The translations under genes were made by a program, and so were the position numbers. 64,000 bases of DNA, taken from assembly GCA_964016885.1 (NCBI GenBank), contig OZ024742.1, positions 223,510,001 to 223,574,000 of the forward strand. The letters are read 5' to 3'. The stretch is from Eledone cirrhosa. Its lineage: Eukaryota. Below the pieces are notes generated by a model. The model had not been told where the DNA came from, did no database searches, and was given only the letters and a program-made list of their open reading frames with translations. Positions 62,901-64,000 of this stretch are shown one piece after another. Each line of letters opens with the position of its first letter. Position 1 is the stretch's first letter.

Positions 62901-63402
62901 TTTTTAATTTAATTCAATTATACAAATTTGTATAAAACTGTGCTCATTTCAGGTTCAGTAATGTATCTGTCTATGATCTGTGCCCTAGATGGCTGCCTAG
63001 TTGGCCTTAATGGTAGTGTCGGCCCCGTCTAGAGGTTTTGGGAAACTCATGAGCGCCAAGTTTCCTCTTCTGGGTGAGATACAGAAATAGAAAATAAATA
63101 AAATAAAACGTTTGTTGTTAATGGTATAGAAAAGTCATAACATCACAACATCCAGTTTTTTTCCATTCCCATCATCTTAAACATAAAGTTATAAAGCTGA
63201 TTATGGGTCTTACCGCCTGACTATAATAAATACATTTACCTGATTCTGATTCATGATAAAACTTACAAAAGGTGTCATTATTCTAAGGTATGTTATTGTT
63301 GCCTGAGAATTCTGTCGAATAATTGAACACTTCAATAAGGCTTATTCTTTTCTTGTCTCTCCCCCTGTACCTCCCCTCTCTCTCTCTCTTTCTCTTGCTA
63401 TA

Positions 63403-63439
<37 letters not shown>

Positions 63440-63527
63440 TCATTGTCGTTTAACGTCTATTTTCCACTCCACGTTAGCATGGGTTAGATGGGTTGTCCCA
63501 TTAGAGGCAAATTGGGTCAGGTGACCG

Positions 63528-64000
63528 GATCATCATCATCATCATCATCATCATCATTTTATGTCCGCTTTTCCCTGCTTGCAAGGGTGGGATGGGTCTT
63601 ATTAAGCACAGCATCTCTCCACTCGTCACAGTCCTTCGTCATCTCAACCGTGAGCTTCAACGATCTGAGGTCTGTTCTCACCACCTCCGCCCATGTTTTT
63701 CGTGGTCTACCTCTACCACGTCTTCCTTCAACTGGCATTTCCTGGCACTTCTTCACCCATTGGTCATCCTCCATGCGCATCACATGTCCATACCACCTCA
63801 GTCTCCTCTCCCGTACACTACATTCTATCCCTCTCAGACACAGTTTCTCTCTCAACGCATTCATGCTGGGCCGTTCACATACATTTACACTGCACATCCA
63901 AAGGAACATGCTTGCCTCATTTCTCTCCAGCCGTCGCAAGACCTCTGCAATTGCTGCCCATGTCTAACTACCATGCAGCATCGCGCTCCTCACACAGGCA
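63528..64000 (-). mobile_element. RTE LINE 3' end (third subfamily, ORF ends almost at the tail)
   Basis: RRLERNEASM..RLRWYGHVMR..GRGRPRKTW; (GAT)n tail. Confidence 0.88.

Overview
This is repeat-saturated eukaryotic DNA with no convincing host protein-coding gene. The SINE and LINE families suggest a mollusc, probably an octopus (inference). LINEs: several RTE-clade copies (one near full length, three with a C4HC3 PHD finger inside the RT) and three CR1-clade copies (one full length, 56.1-60.5 kb). Other mobile elements: tRNA-derived SINEs, arrays of non-autonomous Helitrons, a hAT element with a nested piggyBac-type MITE, and a solo LTR. There are many microsatellites and a 200-N assembly gap. 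The most striking unannotated signal is about 14 short non-coding elements, nearly all inserted in (TA)n tracts. They carry about 20 type I hammerhead ribozyme cores (CUGANGA...GAAA...NUH, often with a palindromic stem III). Most are partial foldbacks with a unique tail that often contains GAGYRCTC, which fits non-autonomous Penelope-like or retrozyme-type elements. The second highlight is the CR1 ORF1/ORF2 junction: a G_GGA_AAC slippery heptamer at the ORF1 stop, whose -1 frame runs directly into an ATG-less ORF2, followed by a perfect 15-bp hairpin. All coordinates and folds were read by eye; boundaries are approximate.
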